Source of the DNA: a virus
Taxonomy: Duplodnaviria > Heunggongvirae > Uroviricota > Caudoviricetes
IMG/VR virus record: IMGVR_UViG_2923159863_000006
Reading direction: 5' to 3' (one strand)
Length of the DNA: 64,000 nt
Every line of letters starts with the position of its first letter. Within the stretch, counting starts at the first letter, position 1. A model generated the notes under the pieces. It saw only the letters and a list, made by a program, of their open reading frames with translations. It was not told the origin of the DNA and did not search any database. The position numbers and the translations under genes were made by a program. Below, in pieces: positions 31,017 through 40,352 of the stretch.

Positions 31017-33293
31017 TTGACCGTACCTACCAATACCAGCGTTGTTGAGTACGAAGGCAATGGCGTTACCACGGCATTCCCTGTGCCGTTCAAGTTCCCG
31101 GCCAATGACGACCTTGTGGTTACGAAAGTCTATAACGACGTTGCAAATGTCTTGGTGCTCGGAACTGATTACACAGTGGTGGGTGCTGGTGCGCAGAGTG
31201 GCGGAGCCGTTATCGCCACTAGCGCTCCTGAAAATGGGGCGACCATCAACATAACCCGCGAGCTTGAAACTGTTCAGGAAACAGATCTTAGAAACCAGGG
31301 TAGGTACTTCGCAGAGACGCACGAAAGCGTATTCGATTATTTGACTATGCTTATTCAGCAAGGATTTGCTGTTCTGGCTAGAACCCTGAAGCGGCCAGTC
31401 GGTAAAGACTATTTTGACGCGGAAAATCGAAGAATCTCAAGGGTAGATGATCCTGTAGAGGATGGAGATGCTGCTAACAAAGTATGGACTCAGCAGTATG
31501 TTGGGTCTTTGATCTCTAGCGGCACCGGACCGATTAACCTTGCTTCTAACGTCATCTATTTTTCTCCTGAACTGGTTCCGCATGTTCTACAGGATCTTTC
31601 TGGCGGATCTTCCTCTGATGGCGCGGCGCTAGTTTCTCGCGCAACTGTCGCTCTCGACTCTGTTTACAACCTACAGGGCGCCCGGAAGATTTCCAATCAA
31701 CTGATGCGCGTTGCCGGCTACTACCCAGGCGGATCTGTATCTGGAAACTCAGCGGCCGCTGGTGGCGGCCTGTTCCGATGGGATGGCGCTAGACCGAAGT
31801 CTCAACACAATGGCGGCACCATCATCAGCCCGACCGTTCCATGGAACGGACTCCAAAGCACATTAGGTGCATACCTATTGGGATCTGGAGAAACTTCACC
31901 TGGCGAGAATGGCTGCTGGGTTCGTGTTGCTGATGATGTCAAGCTTGTTGACTTTGGTGGGGTTGTAAGTGAGTCCGTCGATTCATCCGCCGCTTTTTAT
32001 GCAGCGCTGAAGTACTGCTTATCGACTAATAAGGAACTCTACCTGCCAGAAGGCGTAGTTCGCGTAAACTCTGCTGCTGTAATAGATGGTGCCACAACGA
32101 TTTTCTCGTCTGTGAAAATTCGAGGTACTTTCAAGACAAGTGGAGTGGCTGCTGGTTATGTGGTTAGCAGAGTTGGAAGCCTGATCTATACTAATGGAAA
32201 CAGCGCTCTAGACATTTCGTTCAACGACTTTAGGAACGAGAACTTTGATATCCGTGGAGTGGCATTTGTAGACACCTCATTCTATCCTCCGGGAACTCCT
32301 GCAAGCTCGAATCCTGCGATAATTATTAGAAAGGGTAATCCTGATGGCAGCAGCAATCGATATATAACTGGTAACGTTCTTGAGGACGTTGCTTTCGTTA
32401 GCTATCAAGACGCTGTGAAAACTATTGGGGTTGCAACAGGGTTGCCGACCTATAACTACGTTGGTCCAACCTCGTTGAATCGTGTGTACTTCTATAAGTG
32501 CGGAACCGCTATGCATCTTCAGGATTGCACGTACAATCATCTATTCCTGAATGAATGTCTTCTCTTTGATCTGTCGTCTCAAGCTATATTCCTGACAAAG
32601 ACGGTTAGCGGGACTGGCGGCAACGTAGATGTAACGTTCAGCAATTGTGTGTTCGAATCGATTTGGGGGATTATGAATACGGCCAATGGGTTGACGTCTT
32701 CCACGAAACGTAACACGGCAGTTTTCAATTCTTGCAATAGAGAATTCTGCGGGCTGTACGGCCCGACAGGCGGAGGCGGAAACTTCGCAGGGAGTCCGCT
32801 TGGGTATATAGGTCACACCGATGTAATGATCAATGGAAATTGGGAGAGAGGTCAGGCTTTTGGGGAAACTGCTTTACCGGCAATCGATTCTGGTGCTGTT
32901 ATTTTCGCGAGCAGATATGTTGATGTTCTTATGAATGGCGGCCAAGTTGGATCTCCAGAATACGTCAACGTTGTTGACGTAAGCGGGACAATTCCAGCCT
33001 CTGGCAGCCTGACCAAGACGTTCAATGTGAGCGGATCGTTTGTGTTGAATGCTGACGTCGCATATGACGACGGGTTTGGCGGGCACCAGAATGTAGTTGC
33101 GTATGGCAACCCTACTGGCTCAAAGGCGCGGGACGTGACAGGGACGATCATTTCTGCTGGTCTATCTGCGACCTACGGGGACGGACCGTCGGGTGCGGCT
33201 TTCACCGTTACGTTCAATAACGGGACTGCATCGCCGATCAATGTGAAGATCCGGGTCACGAACAAAGCAGGCTTGATCGTTACTGTTTCGTGA
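31017..33293 (+). CDS. Tailspike with N-terminal particle-binding domain and right-handed beta-helix (likely polysaccharide depolymerase), 758 aa
   Basis: N-terminus VEYEGNGVTTAFPVPFKF is typical of fibre/spike adaptor domains. Long repeated hydrophobic beta-strand units of pectate-lyase type. Lower GC. Last gene before the att. Confidence 0.65.
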   Translation: MTVPTNTSVVEYEGNGVTTAFPVPFKFPANDDLVVTKVYNDVANVLVLGTDYTVVGAGAQSGGAVIATSAPENGATINITRELETVQETDLRNQGRYFAETHESVFDYLTMLIQQGFAVLARTLKRPVGKDYFDAENRRISRVDDPVEDGDAANKVWTQQYVGSLISSGTGPINLASNVIYFSPELVPHVLQDLSGGSSSDGAALVSRATVALDSVYNLQGARKISNQLMRVAGYYPGGSVSGNSAAAGGGLFRWDGARPKSQHNGGTIISPTVPWNGLQSTLGAYLLGSGETSPGENGCWVRVADDVKLVDFGGVVSESVDSSAAFYAALKYCLSTNKELYLPEGVVRVNSAAVIDGATTIFSSVKIRGTFKTSGVAAGYVVSRVGSLIYTNGNSALDISFNDFRNENFDIRGVAFVDTSFYPPGTPASSNPAIIIRKGNPDGSSNRYITGNVLEDVAFVSYQDAVKTIGVATGLPTYNYVGPTSLNRVYFYKCGTAMHLQDCTYNHLFLNECLLFDLSSQAIFLTKTVSGTGGNVDVTFSNCVFESIWGIMNTANGLTSSTKRNTAVFNSCNREFCGLYGPTGGGGNFAGSPLGYIGHTDVMINGNWERGQAFGETALPAIDSGAVIFASRYVDVLMNGGQVGSPEYVNVVDVSGTIPASGSLTKTFNVSGSFVLNADVAYDDGFGGHQNVVAYGNPTGSKARDVTGTIISAGLSATYGDGPSGAAFTVTFNNGTASPINVKIRVTNKAGLIVTVS

Positions 33294-33415
33294 TCTGGAG
33301 AAGGAAGGCGTGTACCATTTTTTGTACCAATCGCTGCGAATTCTGGCGAATCATGTCGCCTGAAAGCCTTGATTTTACAGCGCTGCGCATCGCTTTACAT
33401 CGCGAAAAAAATCGC

Positions 33416-33443
33416 ATGGTGATGTTAGCTGTAGATATCAAGG
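33416..33443. other. Internal att (attP-like junction) carrying a ybiT 5'-end mimic
   Basis: Same 27 bp as 1563-1590, preceded by phage rather than ybiT sequence. Confidence 0.5.
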
Positions 33444-33471
33444 CATTGTCCTGCGGGGCTTTGCGAGATGG

Positions 33472-34689
33472 TTACGCGCTTTCCTCTGCTTCCTGTACCA
33501 ATTCCGTACCAGTTTTAACCCTGGTCTGTAGCTTCTCCAGCTCGCTCCAATCCGAGGCGGAGTTAAGCCACTTGGCATAAGTCGATAGCAGCATCTGCAC
33601 GCTGTGGCCTAGCTGCCCAGCGATAAACGCAGGGTTCATGCCAGCCATCAGGCACATGGTTGCGTATGTGTGGCGGGTGTCATACTGCCGGCGCCTTCTG
33701 ATGGATAGAGCATCAAGCGCGGCGTGGAAGTGCTTTATGGTAACACTTGGCTCCTTGATCCACAGCCCGCCTTTGCTGGGCGGGAATACGAACGGGCTGA
33801 CTGCGAACTCCGAGACGGATGCGACCTGCTTCAGGCGCGCAATCCGCTTGGCCTCTGCCAGGGCATTTAAGGCACGATCATTGAGCAGCACGTCGCGCTC
33901 ATGCTTGGTCTTTACTCGCTCCTCGATCCCGCGATCTATGACGATCCGGCACACATGAATACGTCGTGCCTCTTCGTCTACCTCATCCCATCGAAGGGCG
34001 AACGCCTCTCCAGGCCGAAGACCAGTGAAGAACAGGAATTCGTACAGTGCGGCGTAGATCCTAGAGTACTTCCCTAGGGTCGCGTACAGGTGCTGGATGA
34101 TGCGTTCTGCCTCGTCCCTGGTGAATGGATCTACCAGTTTCTTAGACACCCGCGGCTTCTCAAGGGGCGCCATCGGGTTCTTCTTGATCAGGCCGTCTTT
34201 CACAGCGGAATCTAGGATCGTCGACAGCTTGAACATCGCGTTTCGCTTCACGCCTGGCGACGTCCACTCGATGCTGCTGATGATTCGGCGCAAGAGGGTA
34301 GGCGTGATTTGATCAAGCCGGGCTACTGCTAGATGCGGCATCCAGTATTGGTTGAGGATGCTCTTGTAGTTCTTCCGTGTCCCAAGCACAATCTCTCGGC
34401 TGTCTAGCCAGAGTTGAGCATGCTCACCGAACAGAGGGATTTGGCTGCTGACCGATTCCGCAATCGCAGACCCTGGGAAGAACTCTGCATACTTGGCTTC
34501 ATCCATGATGCCAAGCTTGATTGCCTGGACTACCTGATCTCTAAGACCGGATGCAGTCTTAATCCCTTTTTGCGTCGCGGGATAGGGGAGTGTTTCGCAC
34601 TTCCTTGTTCCGTTCCACATGAAGCGGATACGGATAGAGTTGCCGATGACTTCCACCCCGGTGGGCATACCCAAAGGCTTTCGAGCCAT
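33472..34689 (-). CDS. int: Tyrosine integrase (identical to 1621-2838)
   Basis: As above. Confidence 0.9.
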   Translation of the reverse strand: MARKPLGMPTGVEVIGNSIRIRFMWNGTRKCETLPYPATQKGIKTASGLRDQVVQAIKLGIMDEAKYAEFFPGSAIAESVSSQIPLFGEHAQLWLDSREIVLGTRKNYKSILNQYWMPHLAVARLDQITPTLLRRIISSIEWTSPGVKRNAMFKLSTILDSAVKDGLIKKNPMAPLEKPRVSKKLVDPFTRDEAERIIQHLYATLGKYSRIYAALYEFLFFTGLRPGEAFALRWDEVDEEARRIHVCRIVIDRGIEERVKTKHERDVLLNDRALNALAEAKRIARLKQVASVSEFAVSPFVFPPSKGGLWIKEPSVTIKHFHAALDALSIRRRRQYDTRHTYATMCLMAGMNPAFIAGQLGHSVQMLLSTYAKWLNSASDWSELEKLQTRVKTGTELVQEAEESA

Positions 34690-34871
34690 TCGTCGTATCT
34701 CCGTCGACTGTAGATTATTTTCCCGTTGACCTTGTTCCAGACGCCTTCTGGAATCTGTCCCTTTGACCGTCTGGTTTGTAGGGCGCGGTAGGTTATCCCA
34801 AGCAGCGCCGCCATGACCTGTTCGGGCACCTTGTCTTCGTACTCGATTTGCTCTGCGGTACTCATAGGCAA
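34530..34871 (-). CDS. xis: Excisionase / AlpA-like
   Basis: As 2679-3020. Confidence 0.45.
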   Translation of the reverse strand: MPMSTAEQIEYEDKVPEQVMAALLGITYRALQTRRSKGQIPEGVWNKVNGKIIYSRRRYDEWLESLWVCPPGWKSSATLSVSASCGTEQGSAKHSPIPRRKKGLRLHPVLEIR

Positions 34872-35109
34872 TACCTCTCCGCCCCAGCTATTGCCGGGGA
34901 GGGCATGATGGTAGGATTTAGACGCCCAGCCGGGTTAGCTCAGGGAGAGCTAGTGGCGCCCGGCTGGGCTTACAGCAACCGTCTGATCATTAATTTTCTT
35001 ATAAATCATGTGCTTATGTGTGATAGCACTAAGAAAATGAGTAAGACCGTCGGCAACCCGAGCAGCATGGTCTTCATGTAGCCCTTCATGACTCCGTTCC
35101 AGAACGGGC

Positions 35110-35295
35110 TCACTCCCCACCACCTGCCTTCCTGCGCTGATTCGCTCTGATCCTCTGCGCTTTTTTCTTGGCCTCGTCTCGGCTATCTGCCTCTATGCGA
35201 AACACTTCACACAGCGCATAGTCTGGATCATCTGGACTGCCTCCAGTGCTCCAGCTTCCGTCTGGGAAGCGGGCAACGGTCCATACTAGTTTCAT
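35110..35295 (-). CDS. Hypothetical 61-aa protein
   Basis: Conserved with 3259-3444. The upstream extension of the listed ORF overlaps the next gene out of frame. Confidence 0.3.
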   Translation of the reverse strand: MKLVWTVARFPDGSWSTGGSPDDPDYALCEVFRIEADSRDEAKKKAQRIRANQRRKAGGGE

Positions 35296-35639
35296 TCCCC
35301 ACCTCCCATCGACTTGCCGATCTCTGCGGCGGCTTCGGTGATTGCCAGCCTTGTCGCTGCCATCTCGCCTAGCTTTTCCCAATAGATCGCGCAGTATTCG
35401 TGACCTGCTTGGTTCGATACCAGGGTCCATTGGTTTTCTCGGTCCGGAGTGACTACAAGTCCGCGCTTCACAGCCAGCCTCAGCGCGTCGCCGTCGTCCT
35501 TCAGAGGGTTCCAGGTGGCCCGGTTATCCCAGCCGCTTCCATCGTTCAGAGGGCGCGCCATAGTTTCCCAGAACTCGGACCACGTGTATCCAACCCCCGC
35601 CGCCCGCGCCGCCAGTTCGAGTAGTTCGCGGTCGTTCAT
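35292..35639 (-). CDS. Hypothetical phage early protein (115 aa)
   Basis: Intact here. Frameshifted in copy 1. Confidence 0.45.
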   Translation of the reverse strand: MNDRELLELAARAAGVGYTWSEFWETMARPLNDGSGWDNRATWNPLKDDGDALRLAVKRGLVVTPDRENQWTLVSNQAGHEYCAIYWEKLGEMAATRLAITEAAAEIGKSMGGGE

Positions 35640-36046
35640 TTCTTGGCTCCTTCTATGGCTGCGTCGATTGCAGCGTCGAGGTGTTCTCCGAATAGATGCG
35701 ATGTGCGGTTACGAACCACCACAACTCCGCGCTCCTTCTGCCGCAATGCGCGATACCGCGCAGCATCCTTCGCCATGCGCCGAATCTGCTCTGGAATGCT
35801 GACATTGCCGCCGTCTGGAGGGTCCATGTAGTAGGTACCGGGGAGGGCGCTTGCGCATTGACTAAGCTCTGCCTCCAGCCGCTCAACCTCGGCAATCAGC
35901 CAGAGAACAACATCCGGAGAGGTCGCCACCATGAACTCCTGATCAACGTGGAACTCCGGGAAAGCATCTACGGATGAGGCCTTGTACCAGTCGCCTTTGT
36001 CGCGCGCCCGCTCCGCCAGCTCCTTCAGCTTGTTGGTGTCGGTCAT
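35636..36046 (-). CDS. Ead/Ea22-like protein
   Basis: Identical to 3783-4193. Confidence 0.6.
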   Translation of the reverse strand: MTDTNKLKELAERARDKGDWYKASSVDAFPEFHVDQEFMVATSPDVVLWLIAEVERLEAELSQCASALPGTYYMDPPDGGNVSIPEQIRRMAKDAARYRALRQKERGVVVVRNRTSHLFGEHLDAAIDAAIEGAKK

Positions 36047-36252
36047 TGCTTTTTCTCCAAGTGCTTATGAATCAGCCATTGGAGGAAGCTGCCCAAAATG
36101 CAAAGCACAAGCAGCACAGGGCCAAGGCCAACGATGTACCCGAGCGCGGCGCCAAGCCTCATCTCTAGGACGAAGATGAACCATTGGCTGATGGCAATTC
36201 CAATGGATGTCCCAAGCACGCAATATGCGAGCATCTTCAAAAACGTCTTCAT
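36043..36252 (-). CDS. Small two-TM membrane protein (69 aa)
   Basis: Hydrophobic. ATGA-coupled to the upstream gene. Confidence 0.45.
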   Translation of the reverse strand: MKTFLKMLAYCVLGTSIGIAISQWFIFVLEMRLGAALGYIVGLGPVLLVLCILGSFLQWLIHKHLEKKQ

Positions 36253-36563
36253 GGCGCCACCTCGATTCCGGCTTGCTGGAGGGCTTGAGTGATCCGGTCA
36301 GTCGCATAGCAGTAGCCGGTATCGAAGTTGTCACGGCAGGAGTTCTGCCAGTCACGTTGACAGTCCTCGATGCCGTCGTCCGGCAACTCCACCCTCAGAG
36401 CCGCGCGGCTGGCTTTCCAAGTCTCCCAATCCCATTGAATGTGCTCGTACTCGTACCGGCCATCAGCCTGTATGGAGAACAGGCCATCGCCAAAGTCGTC
36501 GTAATCAGTAGACCAACGCACTTTCGCGTGCGCTTCAAACTCGTCTCTCACTGCTTGCTCCAT
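36249..36563 (-). CDS. Hypothetical protein (104 aa)
   Basis: Intact ORF. Confidence 0.45.
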   Translation of the reverse strand: MEQAVRDEFEAHAKVRWSTDYDDFGDGLFSIQADGRYEYEHIQWDWETWKASRAALRVELPDDGIEDCQRDWQNSCRDNFDTGYCYATDRITQALQQAGIEVAP

Positions 36564-36764
36564 CTGCTCAACTCCTGTCCTTTCAACTCGGTCTGCCTGT
36601 AGAGTTCCTGCATATCCCCGACGACCCGGAAGATTCCCAGGACGAAGAGAACGATGACTATCACTGCCAATATGGTTTCGTTGTCGTTGTCCACGGTTGG
36701 TCCTCCGGGGGCGGATGCGTTTGTTTCGTTGTTGGGTGTCGATGCCGTGATTCCGGCATCGGTA

Positions 36765-37082
36765 TCAGTCGCCCGCCGCTTTGGCGATTAGGTGCATGAG
36801 CATTTCGCGCAGTTGCTCGCGCTCGAGCACCTGGCCGGTCTTTGCGTACTCGTCGGCTTGGCTCAGGATCGCGTCGATCTCGATGTTGAACATCGGCGAG
36901 AGCACGTCTGGCTCACACTGTTCGAGCAGCAACTGGATTGCTCGGGTCGGGTGCGCCATCGTGATCCCGAGCCAGTTGTAGGCCGAGGCAGTGCGGTAGT
37001 AGCGGAGGCCGGCGATCTCATGTCGGCGCGGCGGGCGGAAGGGTTTCGTGCGCATATTCAATCCGGGTAGTGGGTAGCCCAT
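36765..37082 (-). CDS. Hypothetical protein (105 aa)
   Basis: Intact ORF. Confidence 0.45.
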   Translation of the reverse strand: MGYPLPGLNMRTKPFRPPRRHEIAGLRYYRTASAYNWLGITMAHPTRAIQLLLEQCEPDVLSPMFNIEIDAILSQADEYAKTGQVLEREQLREMLMHLIAKAAGD

Positions 37083-37126
37083 TATCCGAATTGCTGTATA
37101 TGCGTACAGTGGTTGGCGATGGGTGG

Positions 37127-37390
37127 CTATGCCTGCTCGCTCAGCAGGGCGCGGAGTTCGTTGCGAGCTACGACGTAATCAGCATGCGAAAGCAGTGGCT
37201 CGCACAGCCTGCGCAAAAGCCCCTCGCTGACCACTACATGGCCCGCTGGAATAACTGCCAACTCCCGCACTTCATAGCCTGGCCAGTCCTGAGGGTTTGC
37301 TCTGACCATGTCGTGGTGCTCCTTGGAGCAGGGGCGCCATTCTCCCGGATGGCTTGTGAAGAACGAGTAGTACCGCTTCATCTCACCCAT
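37127..37390 (-). CDS. Hypothetical protein (87 aa)
   Basis: Intact ORF. Confidence 0.45.
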   Translation of the reverse strand: MGEMKRYYSFFTSHPGEWRPCSKEHHDMVRANPQDWPGYEVRELAVIPAGHVVVSEGLLRRLCEPLLSHADYVVARNELRALLSEQA

Positions 37391-37392
37391 TG

Positions 37393-37974
37393 CTAACTCT
37401 CCGTATCAAGTAGCGCCCGGCATACCGGGCAGTCCGGATCGCGTGCTTCGTGCCCCTCAAGGCAATCGGGGCACAGTCCGTTGTTCATGTGCTTGACTTT
37501 CCCGGTAGCGGACCTGCGGAGCGTGTCGAGCGCTGATTCGCTGACCGTCAGGCCGTTGAGGCGCGCCAGTTCGTCGAGGCAGGCGTTAAAGCCGTCCGTC
37601 TTCAGGTTCTCAGCGGTAGGCAGCAGGCCTCCCCATTGCCGGCGCTCCGGCACAACCACCACCCCTGCGCGCAGGGCTTCTAGGTCTTGCTCGACAACAT
37701 CCCGTTCGCGCATAGCTTTCAAGCACATGCGCCTGCTCTCGTCGGCGACATGTTTGAGATCCTCGATGTGCGCCCCGATCATCCGACCAATGTCATCCGG
37801 CTTGTCTGGGAATCGTGCGCGGTCTTCGAGAAGGCGCGCGACTTCCTCCCTTAGCGCCTGGGCCTCGGCTTCGAGCTTGGCGTAGTCGGCATCCGCGACG
37901 TGACCCTTCACAGCGCCGCAGTCCGGGCATTGCAGCGCGCCGAAATCCCAAGCTTCGTGCGAGCAGTTACTCAT
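37393..37974 (-). CDS. Zinc-ribbon protein with coiled-coil middle (193 aa)
   Basis: N-terminal CPDCG and C-terminal CPDCLEGHEARDPDCPVC cysteine pairs. Confidence 0.45.
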   Translation of the reverse strand: MSNCSHEAWDFGALQCPDCGAVKGHVADADYAKLEAEAQALREEVARLLEDRARFPDKPDDIGRMIGAHIEDLKHVADESRRMCLKAMRERDVVEQDLEALRAGVVVVPERRQWGGLLPTAENLKTDGFNACLDELARLNGLTVSESALDTLRRSATGKVKHMNNGLCPDCLEGHEARDPDCPVCRALLDTES

Positions 37975-38146
37975 GACCTACCTCCTTGCTGACCGACTTG
38001 TTCCAGGCATCTACCAAGCCTTCGCCGGTGAATGCCTGAACTGAGTGGTTGCACTTCGGGCAGTGCAAAGAGAGGTATCCCTCTTTATGCCTGATCCCAG
38101 CTAGGGCGCCGTCGTAGCCACATTTGCAGGGCTTCAACGTATCCAT
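37967..38146 (-). CDS. Lar-family restriction-alleviation-like zinc-finger protein (approx. 59 aa)
   Basis: CKCGYDG...HCPKCNHS. Lar-like size and cysteine spacing. Confidence 0.45.
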   Translation of the reverse strand: MDTLKPCKCGYDGALAGIRHKEGYLSLHCPKCNHSVQAFTGEGLVDAWNKSVSKEVGHE

Positions 38147-39450
38147 CACACCCCCTCCTTGCCGGGCGCGGCGGCGAGCAGGCCGCACACGTCCACCAGC
38201 ATCATGGACATGTTGGCCACGTCGGCGGCGTACTCGACGATGCCCGCCGCGTCGTTGTCCTTTGTCGCCTTCTGGAGCTTGGCCAAGTGGTAGTAGATTT
38301 CCAGCAGGGCAGTCCTGCGGTCCATTTGCAGCCAGCCGGGGCGGTCTCCTTTCCCGGCGTTGGCGTGCAGCTCATGCTCCATGCTTTTCAGGAACGGCAG
38401 CAGCACATCATCGTACTTGCCCGGCACGCTGTGCTGAGCCTGGGTGGTTTGTGCAGCCAGTTCCACGGCAGTGTCACACCCTGGTTCAGTGGTGAAGACT
38501 GCATTCTGCGCAGCTTTCAGCCTCTCCATTGCGAGAGAAATGGACCGGTCATAAATTTCTTTGTTGTCTGACTTGTCGCGGTCGCTGCGCATCCTATCAA
38601 TGTCGCGTTCTACATAACAAAGAAGCGAATTCAGCAATGACCTAAGTCCTGCGACTTCGGCCAGGGCGGCGTCGCGCTCTGCTTTCACTGAGCGCAGTAG
38701 TTCGCGCTGACCTGCCTGATTCTCCGCACGCCATTCGAGTGCTTCGCGAAGTTGATCAGCCTTAGCCCGCAGCGCCCCGACGATGCGGGCGTGCTGGGCG
38801 ACGGTCATCAGCTTTTCAGGGTCGTAAAATTCACCGCCCTCCTTGTCGCAATCGCCAGCGACAGCAAATGCCTTGAACCCTATGACGTTATGAACTTTCT
38901 CATTCGGCGTGAACAGGGTTGCAACGATCTCCGGCCGCTCCGCCTCTGCCTGCTCGGGCTTTGCGTCGGAAGACAGCTCTACTAGGTTTTCGCTCAGCAC
39001 CTTCGAGAACTCCGTGCCAAGCGGTTCGAAGCACTGTTCGCGAAACGCTTGTAGCCGCTCGATGCGTTCCGCCTCTTTCTCAGGAGTGGACTCGAACTCG
39101 TACAGCCGCTGGGCGGCTTCGACTACCAGACGAGACGACACGCCGGCGCTGAAGCGAATGGCTCCTACCTGGGCAGGCTTTTCCAGCTTCGGCCAGTGCT
39201 GCTCGGCCTGCGCCGGGGAGGGTTGCGCCAGGGCGGCGCGTAGGTCTGCAATCTCTGCCGCCATGTGCTCAACCAGCAGCGCGTCCGGCCAGAAGCCAGG
39301 GTCGCTGTTGGGATGCGCCGCCAAGATTCGTTCACGCCAGCCAATCACGCGCTCATCCCCGCCTGCCTGCTCTACCGCAGGATGTGCCGGGCACGGATGG
39401 ACGAGGGAGCCGTCGCCAGAAGGGCAGCTGCATTCATTCGCTTTGTTCAT
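38146..39450 (-). CDS. Hypothetical 434-aa protein; N-terminal Cys cluster, possible all-alpha NTP-pyrophosphohydrolase (MazG/DUF550-like) C-terminus
   Basis: C-terminus RRTALLEIYYHLAKLQKATKDNDAAGIVEYAADVANMSMMLVDVCGLL is reminiscent of MazG-like helices (weak). Confidence 0.4.
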   Translation of the reverse strand: MNKANECSCPSGDGSLVHPCPAHPAVEQAGGDERVIGWRERILAAHPNSDPGFWPDALLVEHMAAEIADLRAALAQPSPAQAEQHWPKLEKPAQVGAIRFSAGVSSRLVVEAAQRLYEFESTPEKEAERIERLQAFREQCFEPLGTEFSKVLSENLVELSSDAKPEQAEAERPEIVATLFTPNEKVHNVIGFKAFAVAGDCDKEGGEFYDPEKLMTVAQHARIVGALRAKADQLREALEWRAENQAGQRELLRSVKAERDAALAEVAGLRSLLNSLLCYVERDIDRMRSDRDKSDNKEIYDRSISLAMERLKAAQNAVFTTEPGCDTAVELAAQTTQAQHSVPGKYDDVLLPFLKSMEHELHANAGKGDRPGWLQMDRRTALLEIYYHLAKLQKATKDNDAAGIVEYAADVANMSMMLVDVCGLLAAAPGKEGV

Positions 39451-39653
39451 GGGAGCTTTCTCCAGGCCTCGGTTTCGAGGTCAGAAACGGTTATCAGTCG
39501 GCGCCGGCGCTCGATGTTTTCGAGTTGCAGGACATCGCCCAGGCTGTCGATGACGACCCAGTGAATGCCGGTGGGAATGTGCAGGTAGCGTGCTGGCGCG
39601 GGGGAACAGAGGGCGTTTATGCGGCGGACTGCGGGGCTTTCGTCGAATGGCAT
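39447..39653 (-). CDS. Hypothetical small protein
   Basis: ORF in operon. Confidence 0.3.
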   Translation of the reverse strand: MPFDESPAVRRINALCSPAPARYLHIPTGIHWVVIDSLGDVLQLENIERRRRLITVSDLETEAWRKLP

Positions 39654-39829
39654 GGCTCATCCTCCGGGTAGACCCGAACGCCATCGGCGCCCTGGGACTG
39701 GTTGATCGCCATCTGCTTAACCGCTCTCGCGATGCGCAGAATGTCGTCCGGCGTCATAAGCTGGCTTTCTTCAGGCCAGCCGGTGACCGTCACACCGCAA
39801 GGGCGGTGATTCGCTGTTAGCTGGTGCAT
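39617..39829 (-). CDS. Hypothetical small protein
   Basis: ORF in operon. Confidence 0.3.
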   Translation of the reverse strand: MHQLTANHRPCGVTVTGWPEESQLMTPDDILRIARAVKQMAINQSQGADGVRVYPEDEPCHSTKAPQSAA

Positions 39830-40016
39830 GGGGTTATTCCTGTTCGGTCAGGGGTGGCAGACTTCGACGACGCGGTGATAGTCGCCACGGAAGGGCATTG
39901 CCTTGTAACCCTGGTTCATGGGGTAGATTCCCCAGGACTGGCGAGAGCAGGCCGCCATCATCGCCGCGTACTTGATGACCTCGATGACGTCTTTCTTGAT
40001 GTGCATGACATGGCCC

Positions 40017-40352
40017 TCATGCACTCATCGCCGATTTGATCTGCGCTGAGTGGCTGCGGCTGACGGGTATCCAGTTCTCGGTTCCGAGCAGTAGTACCTC
40101 GCCGGCTTGGCTGTCATCAGGTCGGGTTTTGAACATGCTGATCAGCGAGCGTCGGACTAGGGCTTTCCGGTGGGCGCGGATGAACTCGTCGGCGAACTCA
40201 GTCTCCAGAGCCTTAAGCGTTTCGTTCAAGACAAGTACGCCATCCGGGTAGTACGCGATGACGTACTTGTCTTCGGCGACGAAGTGGGTGATCTGCGAGA
40301 CGGAGATTGCCTTGGAGTGCTTGCCGCAGGTGGCTTTGAGTACGGTTCTCAT
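40017..40352 (-). CDS. LytTR-domain DNA-binding protein
   Basis: MRTVLKATCGKHSKAISVSQITHFVAEDKYVIAYYPDGVLVLNETLKALE matches the LytTR signature. Confidence 0.6.
   Translation of the reverse strand: MRTVLKATCGKHSKAISVSQITHFVAEDKYVIAYYPDGVLVLNETLKALETEFADEFIRAHRKALVRRSLISMFKTRPDDSQAGEVLLLGTENWIPVSRSHSAQIKSAMSA

Larger units (their letters stand above)
33416..37764. repeat. Copy 2 of the 4.3 kb direct repeat (intact version)
   Basis: See 1563-5904. All ORFs in this copy are intact. Confidence 0.9.
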
